A stretch of 30,072 bases of DNA. Source: a virus. Lineage: Duplodnaviria > Caudoviricetes. The stretch is from IMG/VR virus record IMGVR_UViG_3300029171_000036, positions 1-30,072 of that record, one strand, 5' to 3'. The position numbers and the translations under genes were made by a program. Positions 6,102-16,033 of the stretch are shown here, one piece after another; the stretch's first letter is position 1, and every line of letters starts with the position of its first letter. Under the pieces are notes generated by a model that did not search any database, was not told the origin of the DNA, and saw nothing but the letters and a program-made list of their open reading frames with translations.

Positions 6102-7626
6102 CATCTATTTAAACAAAGAGGGGAAAAAGAGGATGATCAGAGGTCTCAATAGAGTTGCAGATTCTGGGAAGTTGACACTTGGTTCAAAAGGATCTAATTC
6201 AATACTTCAAGAAAAACTCTATCCATTTCACATCATTACAAATGATGGAAAGTCAATTGTAGAAAAAGCATGGTTTTCTGATCAAGTAGAACAAATAGGA
6301 GCAAACATCCTAAAAGAGGTCTCACAAAGAACAGAGAATGAATCAGGAGATGGAACAACTACTTCAATTGTTCTCACACAAGCAATTGTCAATGCTGGAT
6401 ATAAATCAAGAAAAACAGGCGTTGAAGTAAAGCAGTCACTTGATGAAGTACTTCCACTTGCACAATCACTACTTAAACAACAGAAAGTTCCGATTGATCT
6501 TGACGATACTGAAAACATAAAAAAGATCGCAACACTCTCAGCAGAAAGTGAAGAATTGGGAGGGCTTATTTCCGAAATATATAGTAAAATAGGGAAAGAA
6601 GGAGTCATCGAACTTGATAACTCAAGAACATACGAGACATTTTACGAAATCAAAGAAGGAGTACGTTTTTATGGAGCAGGATTCATGTCACCAAACATGA
6701 TCAATACTGAAGAAGAAACTGCTGTTTATAAAAAGCCACACATTTTAATAACTGAACAAAAGATAGGAGTACTCGGAGACATCATCCCAATTATAGAAAA
6801 GTTGGTGGCTCAAGGAACCTCAGAGCTTGTGATAGTCTGTGCTGACATTGATCTCTCTGTTGCCTCAACTCTCGTACTCAATCACATGCAAGGGAAGTTC
6901 AAAACACTTATCATTAAAGCACCAGTAGCAATGAGAGAAGCTTTCTTTGAAGACATCAGTAAAGCAACTGGAGGAGTTGTAATAAATGAACTCTCTGGAT
7001 ATCAATTGAAAGACATTGAACTAAGTACACTTGGACACTCCGAAAAGATAATCACCTCACGAACACAAACAACACTGATTGGAATCAATGATTTGAAGGA
7101 TCACATCGAATCTCTTAAAGAAAAAGGAGACTCACAAAGCTACTTCAGAGTAAACAGACTAAACTCAAAGGTGGCAATACTTAAACTAGGATCAAACTCA
7201 GAAGCAGAACTCTCATATCTACGACTTAAAGCAGAAGATGCAATCAACGCAACAAAACTAGCATTAAAGGATGGAGTTGTTGTTGGAGGAGGAATACCAC
7301 TCTTAAATGTCTCTAGAGAAATGCCAAATACTATAGGAGGAAGAATTCTACGAAAAGCCCTCAAAGCACCAGTACGACAAATAATGAAGAACTCTGGAAT
7401 GTCTTGGTTAGAAAGAGAGTGGACACTCCTTAGACTTGGAGGAGTTTTCGGGTATAATGCAAGCAGTAGAGAGATTGAAGATCTTGAAGAGTCTCAGATC
7501 TATGATCCAATAACAGTTACATCTAACGCATTGAAGAATGCAATCTCAGTTGCAAGTACTGTTCTTACAGCAGAGTCTGTGTACATACTTCCACCAGAGA
7601 AAAAAGAAGACTCACCATTTCAATAA
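6091..7626 (+). CDS. groEL: Chaperonin GroEL (Cpn60), divergent phage form
   Basis: TLGSKG, ITNDG, GDGTTT, IATLSA, KIGKEGVI, IKAP, EDAINAT, VVGGG, IYDP, NAISVASTVLT. Confidence 0.96.
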   Translation: MENNIYLNKEGKKRMIRGLNRVADSGKLTLGSKGSNSILQEKLYPFHIITNDGKSIVEKAWFSDQVEQIGANILKEVSQRTENESGDGTTTSIVLTQAIVNAGYKSRKTGVEVKQSLDEVLPLAQSLLKQQKVPIDLDDTENIKKIATLSAESEELGGLISEIYSKIGKEGVIELDNSRTYETFYEIKEGVRFYGAGFMSPNMINTEEETAVYKKPHILITEQKIGVLGDIIPIIEKLVAQGTSELVIVCADIDLSVASTLVLNHMQGKFKTLIIKAPVAMREAFFEDISKATGGVVINELSGYQLKDIELSTLGHSEKIITSRTQTTLIGINDLKDHIESLKEKGDSQSYFRVNRLNSKVAILKLGSNSEAELSYLRLKAEDAINATKLALKDGVVVGGGIPLLNVSREMPNTIGGRILRKALKAPVRQIMKNSGMSWLEREWTLLRLGGVFGYNASSREIEDLEESQIYDPITVTSNALKNAISVASTVLTAESVYILPPEKKEDSPFQ

Positions 7627-7628
7627 CT

Positions 7629-8102
7629 ATGGAAGACAAAGTCCCTAAAAAAAAAGAGAAGAGAATAAGTAAAAAAGAACTTGGCTTCTGTAAGGATTTT
7701 GTTGAAAGCGGAAACGGAGTTAAGTCTGCAATGAAAAATTACGACGTAAAGAATTATGAAACAGCTGGAGTAATTGCAACACAAAACTTAAAAAAGGCTA
7801 GAATACAGAAAACCATAGCAGAAATGCTTCCAGATGATTTATTGAAGGAAAGACATCTTCAGCTTTTGAATAAACAAGAGGTGAGAATAAGTACAAACAA
7901 AGAGACAGGAGAGATTGATGTTGTTCAAACAGGAGAGATTGATCCACAAGCCGTCTCAAAAGGATTAGACATGGCATATAAAATAAAAGGACTTTATGCA
8001 CCAGAGAAGCACGACATTACAACAAAGAATCTGTCGAACACTGAAGAAGTAATTGCAAAAGCTAAAAAATTTGATGAGTGGTATAAGCAAAACACTAAGT
8101 GA
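7629..8102 (+). CDS. terS: Terminase small subunit
   Basis: SKKELGFCKDFVESGNGVKSAMKNY...A..NLKK.RI HTH pattern; GLDMAYKIKGLYAPEK; directly before terL. Confidence 0.85.
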   Translation: MEDKVPKKKEKRISKKELGFCKDFVESGNGVKSAMKNYDVKNYETAGVIATQNLKKARIQKTIAEMLPDDLLKERHLQLLNKQEVRISTNKETGEIDVVQTGEIDPQAVSKGLDMAYKIKGLYAPEKHDITTKNLSNTEEVIAKAKKFDEWYKQNTK

Positions 8103-9603
8103 GATTGAAGACGTATCAGTACTTGCGTGGGTAACAAATAATGAAATACGAACTGAAGCAGGTGAGATATTAGACTTCAAGAAATATAGATTCATGGTTG
8201 ATGTGTACTCAGACACCTCTCCTCTTATTTGTTGTATGAAGTGTGCACAGATTGGCTTCACAACATATGAAATCTTAAAGACAGCACACGAATGTAGAAA
8301 CGATAAAATAGATATCATCTACGTACTTCCAACAGGAGACGATGTTCGAAAGTTTTCTGGAGGTAAGACAAATAAAATGATTGCACAGAATCCAGTACTT
8401 CAAAGCTGGACTAAGGACAAAGACTCAATCGAACAGAAACAGTTTGGACAGAACACAATCTACTACCAAGGATCTTGGACTGAAAGAGCAGCTCTTATGA
8501 TCACTGCAAAGAAGCTTGTAGTTGATGAGTATGATAGATGTAAGCAGGCAATTGTTGAACAATACGACTCGCGTCTTCAGTCAATCGCTGATCCAAAGAA
8601 GGCATTCTTCTCAAACCCATCAGTTGCAGACTTTGGAATAGACAAGATCTACAAGATGTCTGACCAGAAGAAATGGCATATCACTCACTCATGTCAAAAC
8701 AAATATGTAATGGATGAGAGTTGTATTGATTACGACAAAGAAGAATATATTTGTCCACATTGTAAAGAAAAGATCACAGACGAGGAGAGACGACTTGGTG
8801 AATGGATTCCCACAGCCGCAGGAAAATGGTCGGGGTATTGGATACCACTTTGGATAGCACCTTGGATGCCAGCAGCAAAGATTGCAGAAGCAAAGAAGAC
8901 TAAGAGTGCAGAATTCTTTGCAAACTTCGTAGCTGGTCTTCCGTATGTTGGATCAGGAAATAAAGTTTACGCAGATACAATCATAAGAAATCTAACAGAA
9001 GTACCAAATAGTCAGACAGGAAGAATTATTGTTGGAGTTGATACTGGACTGCCAATACACTACACAATAGGAAACAAAGAAGGGATATTTTATTATGGGA
9101 AGTGTGAGAATTACGACGTACTTGAGCAATATTTAAAGAAATGGCCAGAGTCAATCATTGTTTCCGATCAAGGAGGAGATCTTATTGGAATCAGAAGTCT
9201 CCAAGCAAAATATCCAGGAAGAGTCTTTCTTTGTTGGTATCGTGTTGATAAAAAGAATCAACAACTCATTGATTGGGGAAAAGGAAAAGAGTATGGTAAA
9301 GTAGTAGTAGACAGAAATAGAGTCATACAACTAACAATCGACGAAATGAATGACAACAGAATAACATTCAACGGAAATGAGTCTGATTGGCATCCATACA
9401 TCACACATTGGTTAAACATCTATAGAGTAAAAGAAGAAAACAGCCTAGGAGTACCAGAATATAGATGGGAAAGAAGTGGAGCGGACCACTGGGTTCATTC
9501 AACAATATATTGGAGAGTAGGAATGAGTAAGTTTGGGCAAGGAGGAGGATCGTTTGTTGGGTCTGGAGTAAGTTTTGGACAACAAGGAGCAGTATTTTTA
9601 TAA
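8074..9603 (+). CDS. terL: Terminase large subunit (lambda gpA-like ATPase motifs)
   Basis: KCAQIGFT (Walker A), LVVDEYD (Walker B), SNP, HSC...CPHC, nuclease VGVDTG and DHWVHS. Confidence 0.92.
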   Translation: MSGISKTLSEIEDVSVLAWVTNNEIRTEAGEILDFKKYRFMVDVYSDTSPLICCMKCAQIGFTTYEILKTAHECRNDKIDIIYVLPTGDDVRKFSGGKTNKMIAQNPVLQSWTKDKDSIEQKQFGQNTIYYQGSWTERAALMITAKKLVVDEYDRCKQAIVEQYDSRLQSIADPKKAFFSNPSVADFGIDKIYKMSDQKKWHITHSCQNKYVMDESCIDYDKEEYICPHCKEKITDEERRLGEWIPTAAGKWSGYWIPLWIAPWMPAAKIAEAKKTKSAEFFANFVAGLPYVGSGNKVYADTIIRNLTEVPNSQTGRIIVGVDTGLPIHYTIGNKEGIFYYGKCENYDVLEQYLKKWPESIIVSDQGGDLIGIRSLQAKYPGRVFLCWYRVDKKNQQLIDWGKGKEYGKVVVDRNRVIQLTIDEMNDNRITFNGNESDWHPYITHWLNIYRVKEENSLGVPEYRWERSGADHWVHSTIYWRVGMSKFGQGGGSFVGSGVSFGQQGAVFL

Positions 9604-9619
9604 AACTAAATTGTAAAAA

Positions 9620-11458
9620 ATGTCACAATACGATCCACGTGCATTAAGTGTCATGGGAGTACAACAACTCATAAGCTCTCGTCTCAATAAAAGAGTCACC
9701 ACAGAACCCCTACCAGAAGAGGGTGTTGAGGGTGACTTTTTTGATTTATTTGAATTGAAAATGGAAGACAGTGAACTTCTCACACTCAAGAATACGTGGG
9801 AACAAAACTATATTTCTTATGAAGGAAGAATTAAACCTCGACAAGAACAAAACAAGAAGTACTACCTCGGGCTACAAAATACAGATATTGTAGCATTCGA
9901 CAAACCAATTGCAGACAATCTCATCTTTGAAGCAGAGGAAACATTTCTTCCTGCAGCACTTTCAAAGAACCCAGAACCTGTAGTATTCTCAGACAACACA
10001 AAAGAAGGACAAGATCTAGCGAGAGACGTGAAGACAATGATTCAATTTCATGCTGACACACAAAACCTCCGACTTAAACTAAAGAAAATGGTTCGTCACT
10101 GGTCTATTTACTTTATGGGTGTACTCAAGCACGGTTGGGACACAACTGTCAACGAAATCACCACAGAAGTAATTCATCCACAAAACATCATTCTTGATCC
10201 AAAGTCATATATTGACGAACACGGTCATTCAACGAGTTATTATATAGGAGAAAGAAAGACGACTACGGCAGACGAGCTTATTCGAATGTTTGGAGATACA
10301 CACAAAGTATTCATATCGACTGAGGTCAACCAAAAACTCGGAACAAAGGTTGTATACACAGAGTGGAACACAGACAAATATCAATTCTTCACATATAAAT
10401 CAGTTGTCCTCGCAAAGAATAAAACCCCACATTGGAATTACGAAGTAGAAGAGGAAATGATGATGAAAGAAGACGGAGTGGAAGAGAAAATAAAAACAGT
10501 AGTCAACGGAAAGAATCACTTCTTAAAATCAAGAAAGCCATACACATTTATGTCGGTCTTCTCACTTGGAGAACAACCACACGACGACACATCTCTTATT
10601 GAGCAGAACATTCCAAACCAAGACAGAATCACTAAAAGACTTGATCAGATCGACGTCAACCTTGACCACTCAAATAATGGTATTGCTGTCTCAGGAGATT
10701 TCTTTACAATCGAACAAGCAAAAGAAGCAGGGAAAGCAGTACAACGAGGTAGTCCAATATGGGTTCCAACTGGAGACATCAATGCTGCAGTAAAAAGACT
10801 CCCAGCTCCAAATCTTCCAGCTGATGCCTTCAATCAACTTATTCATATGGAGACACAACTTCGAAGCATCTTCGGAACACAAGGTCTCTCGTCTGCTGGA
10901 AACTCAAACGAGAAAACAGTGCGCGGAAAGATAATGAACCAAGAGCAAGACTCATCTCGAATTGGAGGTGGAATCGGAGACGTTATTGAAAGGGTTGCCG
11001 ACGATGTGTTTAATTGGTGGGTACAACTCTTTTATGTCTACTACGACACACCACACATAGCTTCAATACTTGGACGACAAAAGTCTGTAGAATATGCAAC
11101 ACTTCGTTCAATGGATATGACAAAGAGAATTGTGGTGTCAGTATCTCCTGACTCAATGAAACCGAAAGATGAGCTCACTGAAATGAATCAAGCAATGGAT
11201 CTCTGGAATGCTGGTGCAATTGATCCTATAACACTCTTCACGATGTTAAACTTCCCAGATCCAAAAGAAACAGCGAACAACCTCTTCCTTTGGAAAGTAA
11301 ACCCTCAACAACTCTTCCAAGACATTAAGCAAGAAGTAATGGAGGAAGGAGTGATTCCTGAAGAAACACCTCAAGGTATGGATGGAGAAATATACGGAGG
11401 AGGTGGGACATTATCAGCTAATTCAACGCCTCCAAACATAGGAAGCGTACCAATATAA
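9620..11458 (+). CDS. Portal protein (podovirus type)
   Basis: 612 aa directly after terL; DNLIFEAEE, GVLKHGWD, IHPQNIILDP, TVRG; acidic C-terminal tail. Confidence 0.85.
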   Translation: MSQYDPRALSVMGVQQLISSRLNKRVTTEPLPEEGVEGDFFDLFELKMEDSELLTLKNTWEQNYISYEGRIKPRQEQNKKYYLGLQNTDIVAFDKPIADNLIFEAEETFLPAALSKNPEPVVFSDNTKEGQDLARDVKTMIQFHADTQNLRLKLKKMVRHWSIYFMGVLKHGWDTTVNEITTEVIHPQNIILDPKSYIDEHGHSTSYYIGERKTTTADELIRMFGDTHKVFISTEVNQKLGTKVVYTEWNTDKYQFFTYKSVVLAKNKTPHWNYEVEEEMMMKEDGVEEKIKTVVNGKNHFLKSRKPYTFMSVFSLGEQPHDDTSLIEQNIPNQDRITKRLDQIDVNLDHSNNGIAVSGDFFTIEQAKEAGKAVQRGSPIWVPTGDINAAVKRLPAPNLPADAFNQLIHMETQLRSIFGTQGLSSAGNSNEKTVRGKIMNQEQDSSRIGGGIGDVIERVADDVFNWWVQLFYVYYDTPHIASILGRQKSVEYATLRSMDMTKRIVVSVSPDSMKPKDELTEMNQAMDLWNAGAIDPITLFTMLNFPDPKETANNLFLWKVNPQQLFQDIKQEVMEEGVIPEETPQGMDGEIYGGGGTLSANSTPPNIGSVPI

Positions 11459-11459
11459 G

Positions 11460-11738
11460 ATGGGACACAAAATAGAATCAATGGACAGTTATGAGAAGAC
11501 ACAAAACGAAGCAACGAAGACTCTTCTCAAAAAGGCAGGAAAGATGCCTGGGAATAAAATTCTTCAACAAATAAAAAAAGAAGAAGATGGAGACGAGAGA
11601 GAGGAGCGACAAAAGAATTGTTCAATGTTAAGGCAGGTGTTTAATGAAGGAATGGAGGAATATGAAGGAGGAAAGATGTCGTTTAATAGTATGATTGATG
11701 ATTTAGTAGAAGTATTTGTTGCACTGAAGTCGAAGTAG
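11460..11738 (+). CDS. Hypothetical protein
   Basis: 92-aa ORF starting 1 nt after the portal stop. Confidence 0.65.
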   Translation: MGHKIESMDSYEKTQNEATKTLLKKAGKMPGNKILQQIKKEEDGDEREERQKNCSMLRQVFNEGMEEYEGGKMSFNSMIDDLVEVFVALKSK

Positions 11739-11746
11739 TGTATAAT
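11719..11746 (+). promoter_or_regulatory. Sigma70-type promoter for the scaffold/capsid block
   Basis: TTGCAC (11719-11724), 16 nt, TATAAT (11741-11746). Confidence 0.55.
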
Positions 11747-11801
11747 TAAAAGTAATACGGGTTTTCTCGGACGTACCCTTTACAAAACGCCCTGCGCAAA
11801 A

Positions 11802-12647
11802 ATGAACCATAAAAAATTTGAGGATGGAAATGATAAACCAGTTTCAGTCGAAGAATTATTTAAGAAAGACGTAGCTGAAAGTGTCTTTGAAGTTAAAGAC
11901 GAATCAATACCACCCAAAGAAGAAGAGAAAAAGGAACAGGCAACCCCATCAGAGGAGGGAAAAGACGATGAAAATCCTCTGCCAAAAGAAGAGCCGTTCC
12001 ATAAACACCCTCGTTTCAAAAAGATCGTCGAAGAAAAGAGGAAAGGAGAGGAAGAAGTCGCTCGGCTTCGTGAAGAAAATGATCGACTTAAAAACAACAC
12101 AGCAACACCAGAGGATGAGAATCCTCCAAGTTATTGGGTTGAATTATACGGGAATGATGACACTGCAAAGCGTGCTTGGAACATACAAGCGAAGCGTGAA
12201 GAAGAACTCATTAAAAAAGCTAAACAGGAAACTTTGAAAGAAATCAAAGAAGAAGAATCTCGACGTGTCGAAGAATCTAAGAAGTGGGATGACCACATCG
12301 AAGAAGAATTGACGGCGATTGAAGATCAATTCAAGGCTGATTTCTCTTCTGATAAACCTGAAGCCAAAAAAGCTCGTACAGAATTCCTCGAAATTGTGTT
12401 CGATTTGTCTCCAAAAGACGACAAAGGAAACATACTTGCATACGCCCCATTTGATAAAGCGTACGAATACTACACAATTAAAAATGGAAAGCAAGAAAAA
12501 AAAGAAGACCCAACTATTCAGAAAAGAAAAGACATTGCGTCTCTCTCAATGAACAAAGGCGGAGAACCTGTGAAAGGAGATGAAACTCCTACCAAACCAG
12601 GTGGATGGGGTGCGTGGCGTGGAAAATATTTCCCCGATTCAAAATAA
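11802..12647 (+). CDS. Capsid scaffolding protein
   Basis: Highly charged, PFHKHPRFKKIVEE followed by coiled coil; immediately upstream of the major capsid gene. Confidence 0.75.
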   Translation: MNHKKFEDGNDKPVSVEELFKKDVAESVFEVKDESIPPKEEEKKEQATPSEEGKDDENPLPKEEPFHKHPRFKKIVEEKRKGEEEVARLREENDRLKNNTATPEDENPPSYWVELYGNDDTAKRAWNIQAKREEELIKKAKQETLKEIKEEESRRVEESKKWDDHIEEELTAIEDQFKADFSSDKPEAKKARTEFLEIVFDLSPKDDKGNILAYAPFDKAYEYYTIKNGKQEKKEDPTIQKRKDIASLSMNKGGEPVKGDETPTKPGGWGAWRGKYFPDSK

Positions 12648-12669
12648 TTAAAAACTTAACTTTACAAAT

Positions 12670-13694
12670 ATGTCTTATAACAATCTTGTTGATACAGTAA
12701 CAAACCAAGATCTCGTGCCAAACGTTGTTGACACAGTACTCCGAGACAATATGTTCTTTGGAGAAGTACTTGCTCGTACTGAAAAGTTCCGAGCTCCAAC
12801 AATGCTATTTCCAATTAAATACCAAACAGGTGTTGCTGGTGTAGCGTTCTCAGGGTTTGATGTGCTTCCAATCACAGCACAAAACACTCGAGTGAACATG
12901 ACTTACAACCCTAAGTTCTTCGCAGTAAACATTGCGTTGTCAGGAACTGACTTGTCAGTGAACGACACAGCGATGAAGGTGCTTGATCTTGCTGAAATCG
13001 AAATGAAATCACGAGCTCAAGATATGGCGGACCAAGTAGGTAATTTGTTTTACCTTGACGGAACATCATTCGGTTCAAAAGCATTCTTGGGTCTAGCAGC
13101 TATCGTTGATGACGGATCAACTGTTGCTACAATTGGAGGACTTTCACGTTCTACATATCCAACACTTCAATCAACAGTTACTGCTTCAAGTGGCACATTG
13201 TCTCTATTGAAAATGCGACAGCTTTCAAACAACATCTCTGATGGAACAATCCAGCCAGATATGATCCTTACTGACTACGGAACATACGCTCTTTATGAAC
13301 AACTTCTTATGCCTTTCCAGAGAAACATTATGGAAGTTCGTGGAGTTCGTGAGCAAATGTACTCATCAACTGCATATCGTGCACTTGGATGGGATGGTAT
13401 TCAAGTAATGCGTGATCGAAAGTGTACTTCAGGAACACTCTTTATGTTGAATATGGACTTCTTGAAGTTCTACGGTCTAAAATATTGAAGGGAACATCTG
13501 TCTCTCTCAAGTCTCGATACATTAGTGGAAACATTTATGAAGAAGGACGTGATGCAGGTAGTGCTTTCACTTGGACGGGTTGGATCAATGGATTCAACAT
13601 GGCCGCTGTAAACAGTTTCATGATCATGGGAGGTGAGCTTTTGACTGACAACCCACGACGTCACGGAAAACTTACAGGAATCACTGGAATCTAG
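12670..13694 (+). CDS. Major capsid protein, split by a -1 frame break at about 13485
   Basis: 12670-13488 (LVPNVVDTV...FLGLAAIVDDG..IGGLSRSTY...PDMILT) stops at TGA; the -1 frame supplies a capsid-like end (GGELLTDNPRRHGKLTGITGI); joined length about 341 aa. Confidence 0.88.
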
Positions 13695-13726
13695 TAGGTC
13701 GTATTATCAACCAATAAATTAGAAAG

Positions 13727-14092
13727 ATGATTTACATCGAACAATACGATCCAAATATTAGAATCAACGGACTCAACACTCAAAAGAATGCCGTTTTTGA
13801 AGGAACCGTTGGAGTAACTGGAGTCTTAACTGCAACTGCAGGAGTAACAACTCCAGCAGGACTCGCACTAAAAAGTGGTACAGCAGTACCAGCAACAGCA
13901 GGTGCAATTGCAGCAGGTGCTCCAATCACAATGTTTTCAAGTGGAATAAAAATCTGGGTAACAAGCGATGTCCCAACTCACACTGCAACGAAAGGAGATA
14001 TTTGTATCAACACGGGGGGATCAAGTACTTCAACTCGAATGTACGTGAACGACGGAACAACAACTTGGATTGCATTCACAACAGCTTCTTAA
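13727..14092 (+). CDS. Putative capsid-associated structural protein
   Basis: Thr/Gly/Ala-rich, PTHTATKGDICINTGG...MYVNDG.TTW motif typical of virion proteins; follows MCP. Confidence 0.6.
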   Translation: MIYIEQYDPNIRINGLNTQKNAVFEGTVGVTGVLTATAGVTTPAGLALKSGTAVPATAGAIAAGAPITMFSSGIKIWVTSDVPTHTATKGDICINTGGSSTSTRMYVNDGTTTWIAFTTAS

Positions 14093-14115
14093 TTAACAAT
14101 TTAATCGACTAAATT

Positions 14116-14838
14116 ATGTCTCGACTTACACAAAAACCAGCAGTTCTTGGACTTGATTTGTTTCAAAGTACAACTGACACTGCATTCTCAACAATGATTG
14201 GAGAAAAAGCACTTTCTTCAGACGGACGAGAATTTGTACTTGTATATGTAGGAGGTTCAAACATTGCAGCAGGACTCCTATGTCAGGCTCCAGCAATCGT
14301 AGCAAACCACCAAAACATTGCAGTAGCAACAGCTGCAGCAATTGGTGCAACATCTGTAACTGTTACTCTTGGAGCAACAGCAGCAACAGCAAACCAATAC
14401 GCAGGTGGATACCTCGTAATGAATGACGCAACAGGAGAAGGACAAACACTTCGAATTGCTTCACACCCAGCAGCAGCACTTTCAACATCACTTGTACTTA
14501 CTCTCGAAGATGCACTAGTAACAGCCCTTACAACTTCATCAGAAGCATGTTTGATTGCGAATCCTTACAACGGAATCATTGTAAGCCCAACAACACAAAC
14601 AGGTGTACCAGTAGGAGTAACACTCTACGCGGTAACAGCAGCAACATACGCTTGGATCCAAACAAAAGGACCAATAGCATGTTTGAATAACGGTGGAACT
14701 GCAGTAGGACTAGGACTAGCTCCTTCAGGAACTACAGCAGGTGCTCTTGATACGGTTGCAGCAACGACAACACAAGTTGCTACAGCTCTTCAGGCAGGAG
14801 TTTCAACAGAATACCGAACAGTATCTGTTCTTCTCTAA
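14116..14838 (+). CDS. Putative capsid decoration/cement protein
   Basis: Ala/Thr-rich; DGREFVLV and YAWIQTKG motifs flanking an inserted beta domain; position after MCP. Confidence 0.65.
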   Translation: MSRLTQKPAVLGLDLFQSTTDTAFSTMIGEKALSSDGREFVLVYVGGSNIAAGLLCQAPAIVANHQNIAVATAAAIGATSVTVTLGATAATANQYAGGYLVMNDATGEGQTLRIASHPAAALSTSLVLTLEDALVTALTTSSEACLIANPYNGIIVSPTTQTGVPVGVTLYAVTAATYAWIQTKGPIACLNNGGTAVGLGLAPSGTTAGALDTVAATTTQVATALQAGVSTEYRTVSVLL

Positions 14839-14848
14839 TCTCGACCCG

Positions 14849-14901
14849 TACCCATGTCATGAGACGTGGGTATCAGTGGGGGTTGTCGGACCTCCAGCAC
14901 T
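14849..14901 (+). promoter_or_regulatory. Two intergenic hairpins without U-tract
   Basis: tacccatgtc-atga-gacgtgggta (14849-14872) and gggggt-tgtcgg-acctcc (14878-14895). Confidence 0.5.
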
Positions 14902-14923
14902 TAATAGGTAGTAGTAAAAAATT

Positions 14924-15331
14924 ATGAACGGAATATTATATTTGACAAACTTTACAGATGAGGATTTCGTAACAAGTTGGGATGGAAAAGAATACACTTT
15001 CCCAGCAGGAAAAAGAACTCCTGTCCTTATTGGAACACCTCTTGACAATCAAGAGATTCGAAAACTCTTTGCCAAAAAACTCTGTGAGAGAGAAATCTTT
15101 GCAGGAAAAGATTGGTTGAAGAACGAAAAGGCAGCACGAAAAGACGGTGAAGTTCACGGAGGTACTTATCAAGAATCTGAACTTGCTGAACTTATGTCGA
15201 GATGTCTTTCTGACGCAGAACCAGGAGAAGCGACAATGAAAGAAACACGAGTGGATGTAACATCAAGTTTTGACAAACTCCTTCCAATCGATGAGGTAGA
15301 AAAATCTGGTGCTCTTAATGGAGTAAACTAA
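14924..15331 (+). CDS. Hypothetical head-region protein
   Basis: 135-aa ORF, TNFTDEDFVTSWDGKEYTFPAG N-terminus. Confidence 0.75.
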   Translation: MNGILYLTNFTDEDFVTSWDGKEYTFPAGKRTPVLIGTPLDNQEIRKLFAKKLCEREIFAGKDWLKNEKAARKDGEVHGGTYQESELAELMSRCLSDAEPGEATMKETRVDVTSSFDKLLPIDEVEKSGALNGVN

Positions 15332-15337
15332 CAACAC

Positions 15338-16033
15338 ATGAAACTTCTTTCTAAAGACGAAATACAAGCGAAGAAAAACGACATTGCAAAAAACGAAATC
15401 GACCAAGGACTTTACCTTGCAAGAAAAATCGACACATTGCGACAAACTTCACAAAACGAAGAAGTTGCCTTGATTGCAATGCGAAAAGAAATGAACGACT
15501 CTTTTCATAAAGAAATCGAGGCTCATAACGAGCAGGTATCAAATCTTAAAAAAGAAGTGGTTGTCCTTGAGGAACAGAAAATTGAACTCTCAAAACCTCT
15601 TGATGAGATCCGAAAACAACTTGAAGAAGGCTGGGCTTCTCTAAAAGAAGAAGAGGCTCTATTAGTAAAAAGAGAGGATGCAGTTGTTGTAAGGGAGGTT
15701 GAGGTAAACAATCAGTTTATTATTCTTGAAAATAAAATTGATAGTATTAAAGACAACGAAATAGAAACCAAAAGACTGAAGGATGAAAACATCGTTCAAT
15801 CACGAATTCTAAAGCGTAGTCTTGCTGACTCTATTAACAAACAAGAACTTCTAGACAAAGAGAAGGCAGAATTTGAGGCAGAGAAAATAAAAGAGAAGAA
15901 GAGACTTGAGGCACACGAGAAATCAATTGAGGACAGAATTATGGCGCTTAACATTAAAGACAAAGAACTTCGCCAACGTGAAGTTCGACTCTCTTCACGA
16001 GAAAGAATCAATGAAAACCGATCAGAACTCTAG
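15338..16033 (+). CDS. Coiled-coil protein
   Basis: 231 aa, E/K/L-rich heptad pattern throughout. Confidence 0.75.
   Translation: MKLLSKDEIQAKKNDIAKNEIDQGLYLARKIDTLRQTSQNEEVALIAMRKEMNDSFHKEIEAHNEQVSNLKKEVVVLEEQKIELSKPLDEIRKQLEEGWASLKEEEALLVKREDAVVVREVEVNNQFIILENKIDSIKDNEIETKRLKDENIVQSRILKRSLADSINKQELLDKEKAEFEAEKIKEKKRLEAHEKSIEDRIMALNIKDKELRQREVRLSSRERINENRSEL

Noticed and set aside
13486-13611. TGA reassignment or readthrough (code 4/25) to explain the capsid stop
   Set aside because: Reading through in frame gives REHLSLSSLDTL...WPL* with no capsid character, the capsid-like end is in the -1 frame, other long genes have no internal TGA, and terS ends in TGA.
15338-16033. Coiled-coil protein as a tape measure
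   Set aside because: Too short and too charged, and no tail tube or tail chaperone genes are recognised.
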